Of a stretch of 64,000 nt of DNA, positions 57,738 through 64,000 are shown one piece after another. The notes under the pieces are model-generated. The model was not told where the DNA came from. It searched no databases and was given only the letters and a program-made list of their open reading frames with translations. The stretch spans positions 100,519-164,518 of the forward strand of contig CAYUCL010000003.1 in the NCBI GenBank assembly GCA_964443325.1. Direction: 5' to 3'. Position 1 is the stretch's first letter, and each line of letters starts with the position of its first letter. The position numbers were made by a program, and so were the translations under genes. Source of the stretch: an uncultured Dehalococcoidales bacterium (GTDB lineage Bacteria > Chloroflexota > Dehalococcoidia > E44-bin15).

Positions 57738-57858
57738 TCAATGCCCTTTCCTTCAATGATAGATTCTTACACTCTGTATTGGGTGTATTGGTCGCCTAAG
57801 GCGACTAATCAAGCCTAGAGAAGATGCTCTGGGCTAGCCTATCATTTCTTTGATTTAT

Positions 57859-58347
57859 TCATGGGCGACCACCATGAGTATTTGCACCAGCAACCGCCTT
57901 CTCCACAGCATCAGCAGCATTTTCAGCAAGGATTATCGATCTATCCTCTTGCCCGCCTCTTGATAGCGACCAAGTGCCGAGGCCAATAACGGGGATGCCA
58001 TTTTGCAAAGCATAGGCGACCTCGGAAAGCGTTCCATAGCTTCCGCCAATGGCAATAACCGCCTTGCCCGACTTGGCGACAATGGCATTTCTTGCATAGC
58101 CCATGCCGGTGACAATGGGGATTCTAACATAAGAATTGGCATCGTAGCGACTGTTCCCTGGCAGGATGCCAATAGTGGTGCCTCCTTGAGAAGCTGCTCC
58201 CCGACATGCTGCCTCCATCACTCCACCAAGGCCACCGCATATCAGGGTAGCGCCTCGTCTCGCCAGTTCCTGTCCCACCTCCTCAGCAAGCCGCTTCTCA
58301 TCCTCAGAGCAATCACTGCCACCGATAACAGATATAAACATTTGCAC
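57859..58347 (-). CDS. TIGR00725-type SLOG/LOG-family Rossmann protein
   Basis: ISVIGG, CGGLGGVMEAAC, GILPG, TGMGYARN, GSYGTLSE. Confidence 0.85.
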   Translation of the reverse strand: MQMFISVIGGSDCSEDEKRLAEEVGQELARRGATLICGGLGGVMEAACRGAASQGGTTIGILPGNSRYDANSYVRIPIVTGMGYARNAIVAKSGKAVIAIGGSYGTLSEVAYALQNGIPVIGLGTWSLSRGGQEDRSIILAENAADAVEKAVAGANTHGGRP

Positions 58348-58456
58348 TCCTCACCAACATGCCAGAAATTCCAGCCTTTTCGAAAGGTTAAGGCAAATTA
58401 TAGCACTTCGGTTTGAGATGCTACAACTAAAGAGGCTATTAGAAGTGAGGAGAGAG

Positions 58457-59008
58457 TCAGTTATAGCGGTTCATCGCCGCATCAATCCCTTCGCTGATTA
58501 TGCAATAAATAGCGTCAGAGACCGTGGTCATAACCTGTTTTACGACTTCTCTCTCTTCGGAAGTGAATCCCTTCAGAACATAGGAAATTACATCGCCCTC
58601 GGGGTGACCGATGCCAACGCGAATTCGGGGGAACTCATCGCTTCCCAAGGAAGCGATGATAGACTCGACCCCTTTATGTCCTGCCGAACTGCCTCGCTGG
58701 CGGATACGCACTTTACCCAGAGGCAGGTCCATATCATCGTAGATAACCAGGAGGTCGCCGGGTGAAACGCTAAACCGGCGCACCAGTAAGCCAACCGCCT
58801 GACCGCTCAGGTTCATGAAGGTCTGGGGCTTAGCAAGGACAACCTCCGTCTCCGCAATGTCGCCAGTGCCCAACTTAGCCCTCGACTTCCGCTCCATGAT
58901 GGAGATACCGTTCTTTCGAGCAAAGTGTCCCAGGCAGCGAAACCCAACATTGTGGCGGTCGTTGGCATAATACCTACCAGGATTTCCCAGGCCAACAATC
59001 AGTTTCAC
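58457..59008 (-). CDS. pth: Peptidyl-tRNA hydrolase
   Basis: LIVGLGNPG, RHNVGF, KPQTFMNLSG, YDDMD, GHKG, RIRVGIG. Confidence 0.97.
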   Translation of the reverse strand: MKLIVGLGNPGRYYANDRHNVGFRCLGHFARKNGISIMERKSRAKLGTGDIAETEVVLAKPQTFMNLSGQAVGLLVRRFSVSPGDLLVIYDDMDLPLGKVRIRQRGSSAGHKGVESIIASLGSDEFPRIRVGIGHPEGDVISYVLKGFTSEEREVVKQVMTTVSDAIYCIISEGIDAAMNRYN

Positions 59009-59011
59009 TGT

Positions 59012-59449
59012 TTAGCCAGTAGTAAGCTTCTTACCCAACTCCCGGCACTCGTCCAGAATCTCAGGAGCAGGTTTCCCCTTGGCAAGGGGTCCATCCGCAA
59101 CTTTCTTTAAACCAAAGGAACTAGCTATCCTCTCGATAGCATCAATGGCGGACCTTTTCTCTAAGGCCATGCTGGCAAAGGCAGCGAAAGGCTTACCATC
59201 AACCTTGCCACGGCAAGCTGGAAGAGTTCGATCGAAGAAGTCTTTTACCGCTCCGGACATATAGCTAAAGTTTGTTGGTGAACCAAAGGCGACAACATCG
59301 CAGGCAATGAGGTCATCAGCGGTGGCGTCAAATGCCCTCTTCACTGTGACCTCCTCCGCCCCCGCCCAGCTTGCCCCTTCGGCGACTGCCTCCGCCATCT
59401 GCTCCGTACATCCTGTCTGAGAGTGGTAGATGATGAGTAGCTTTGCCAT
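59012..59449 (-). CDS. Flavodoxin-like (WrbA/multimeric flavodoxin) protein
   Basis: IYHSQTGCTEQMA, FGSPTNF, KDFFDR. Confidence 0.85.
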   Translation of the reverse strand: MAKLLIIYHSQTGCTEQMAEAVAEGASWAGAEEVTVKRAFDATADDLIACDVVAFGSPTNFSYMSGAVKDFFDRTLPACRGKVDGKPFAAFASMALEKRSAIDAIERIASSFGLKKVADGPLAKGKPAPEILDECRELGKKLTTG

Positions 59450-59461
59450 ATACTACCTCCT

Positions 59462-62994
<3,533 letters not shown>

Positions 62995-63083
62995 TTTTAT
63001 ACCACCTTTGCAAATAACCTTTGGATTATTACCCGAAGCCTTACTACCTTCCCCACCGTTCTATCACAACCACCCCTCGCCAA

Positions 63084-64000
63084 TCAGCCGAGCTTCCTTA
63101 ATTCCTTCTTCAGAATCTTACCCATTATATTCTTAGGCAGGTCATCTATGAACTGCACCGACTTCGGCGTTTTAAAACTTGTGAGTTGCTTTTTACAATG
63201 CTCGATTATCTCGTCCCCGGTGCACTGCTCTCCCGGCTTCAAGGCCACGAAAGCCTTTATATCCTCACCATAGACATCATCCTTAACTCCCACTACCCCA
63301 CATTCAGCAACCTTGGGATGGGCCATAAGAACCTCCTCCACCTCCCGCGGGAAAACATTTTCCCCAGCCTTTATAATCATGTCCTTCTTTCTGTCGGTTA
63401 TAAATATATACCCATCCTCGTCCTTATACCCGATATCCCCAGTGTGCAGCCATCCATCCTTCAAGGCCTCCGCTGTCTCATTCGGCAAGTTCCAGTAGCC
63501 CTTCATTAACGTCGGCCCCCGCACCACTATTTCTCCTTCGTGGCCAGAGGGAAGCTCATGGTCCTCATTATCGAAAATCTTTATCTCGACATCCTTCATC
63601 GGCAGGCCGATAGAACCATTCTTAACCAGCCCACCAAATGGGTTAACCGAATTATGGGCAAATGCCTCAGTAAGGCCCCAGCCCTCGTAGATGGTGGCTC
63701 CAAATTTCTCCTTGAAGGCCCTTGCAGTCTCCAAAGGCAGTGGAGCGGATCCCGAGATCCAAATGCCGACAGAGCTCAAATCATACTTATCCGCTTCTGG
63801 AGACATAAGCATAAGCTTGTACATCATGGGAACCGCTGGGGCAATAGCCGGCTTATACTTTTCCACAAGCCTGAAGAACTCTTCAACCTGGAACCACCTC
63901 ACCAAAACTATCTTAGCCCCGGTAGAAAAGCACGTATTCATAGTAGCTATGCCGTACGAATGGCATAGGGGCAGGGAGATTAGCATAGGAGGCAGTTGTA
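63084..64000 (-). CDS. Long-chain acyl-CoA ligase (FadD-like), tandem paralogue 2; 5' part lies outside the window
   Basis: Frame is open to the window edge (QLPPMLISLPLCHSYG); highly similar to paralogue 1. Confidence 0.9.
   Translation of the reverse strand, partial: QLPPMLISLPLCHSYGIATMNTCFSTGAKIVLVRWFQVEEFFRLVEKYKPAIAPAVPMMYKLMLMSPEADKYDLSSVGIWISGSAPLPLETARAFKEKFGATIYEGWGLTEAFAHNSVNPFGGLVKNGSIGLPMKDVEIKIFDNEDHELPSGHEGEIVVRGPTLMKGYWNLPNETAEALKDGWLHTGDIGYKDEDGYIFITDRKKDMIIKAGENVFPREVEEVLMAHPKVAECGVVGVKDDVYGEDIKAFVALKPGEQCTGDEIIEHCKKQLTSFKTPKSVQFIDDLPKNIMGKILKKELRKLG

Overview
A bacterial chromosomal window from an anaerobe, most likely Chloroflexota class Dehalococcoidia. That assignment is my inference from gene content, repeat families and the integrase tail style; I could not run any searches. 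Most of the window is housekeeping genes (queA, thyX, acpS, nnr, coaX, coaBC, pcm, gatB, secG, cysS, ispF, ispD, gap, eno, pth, ligA) and acyl-CoA metabolism genes (CoA-transferases, 2-oxoacid:ferredoxin oxidoreductase, ADP-forming acyl-CoA ligases, three FadD-like ligases, a Liv-type ABC transporter). Five regions stand out. (1) 10.2-17.8 kb: an apparent 8-gene operon joining a four-subunit benzoyl-CoA-reductase/2-hydroxyacyl-CoA-dehydratase-type radical module (with fused ferredoxin) to DegV, PlsX, a divergent ACP and an SDR, which suggests low-potential radical chemistry on lipid or ACP-bound acyl groups. (2) 17.9-22.4 kb: an AT-rich island bounded by a tyrosine-integrase pseudogene missing from the ORF track, carrying a GHKL/MORC-like ATPase with a small partner and a NucS-like nuclease. 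(3) A glycyl-radical enzyme with a non-canonical GCQH active-site loop and no activase in the window. (4) An orphan methyltransferase-fold protein ending in a beta-clamp-type motif (QLTLF). (5) A MenA-like prenyltransferase paired with a B12-binding radical SAM enzyme. I also found two probable CTG start codons, several palindromic operators and two dispersed repeat families. I recognised no tRNA, rRNA or CRISPR array.
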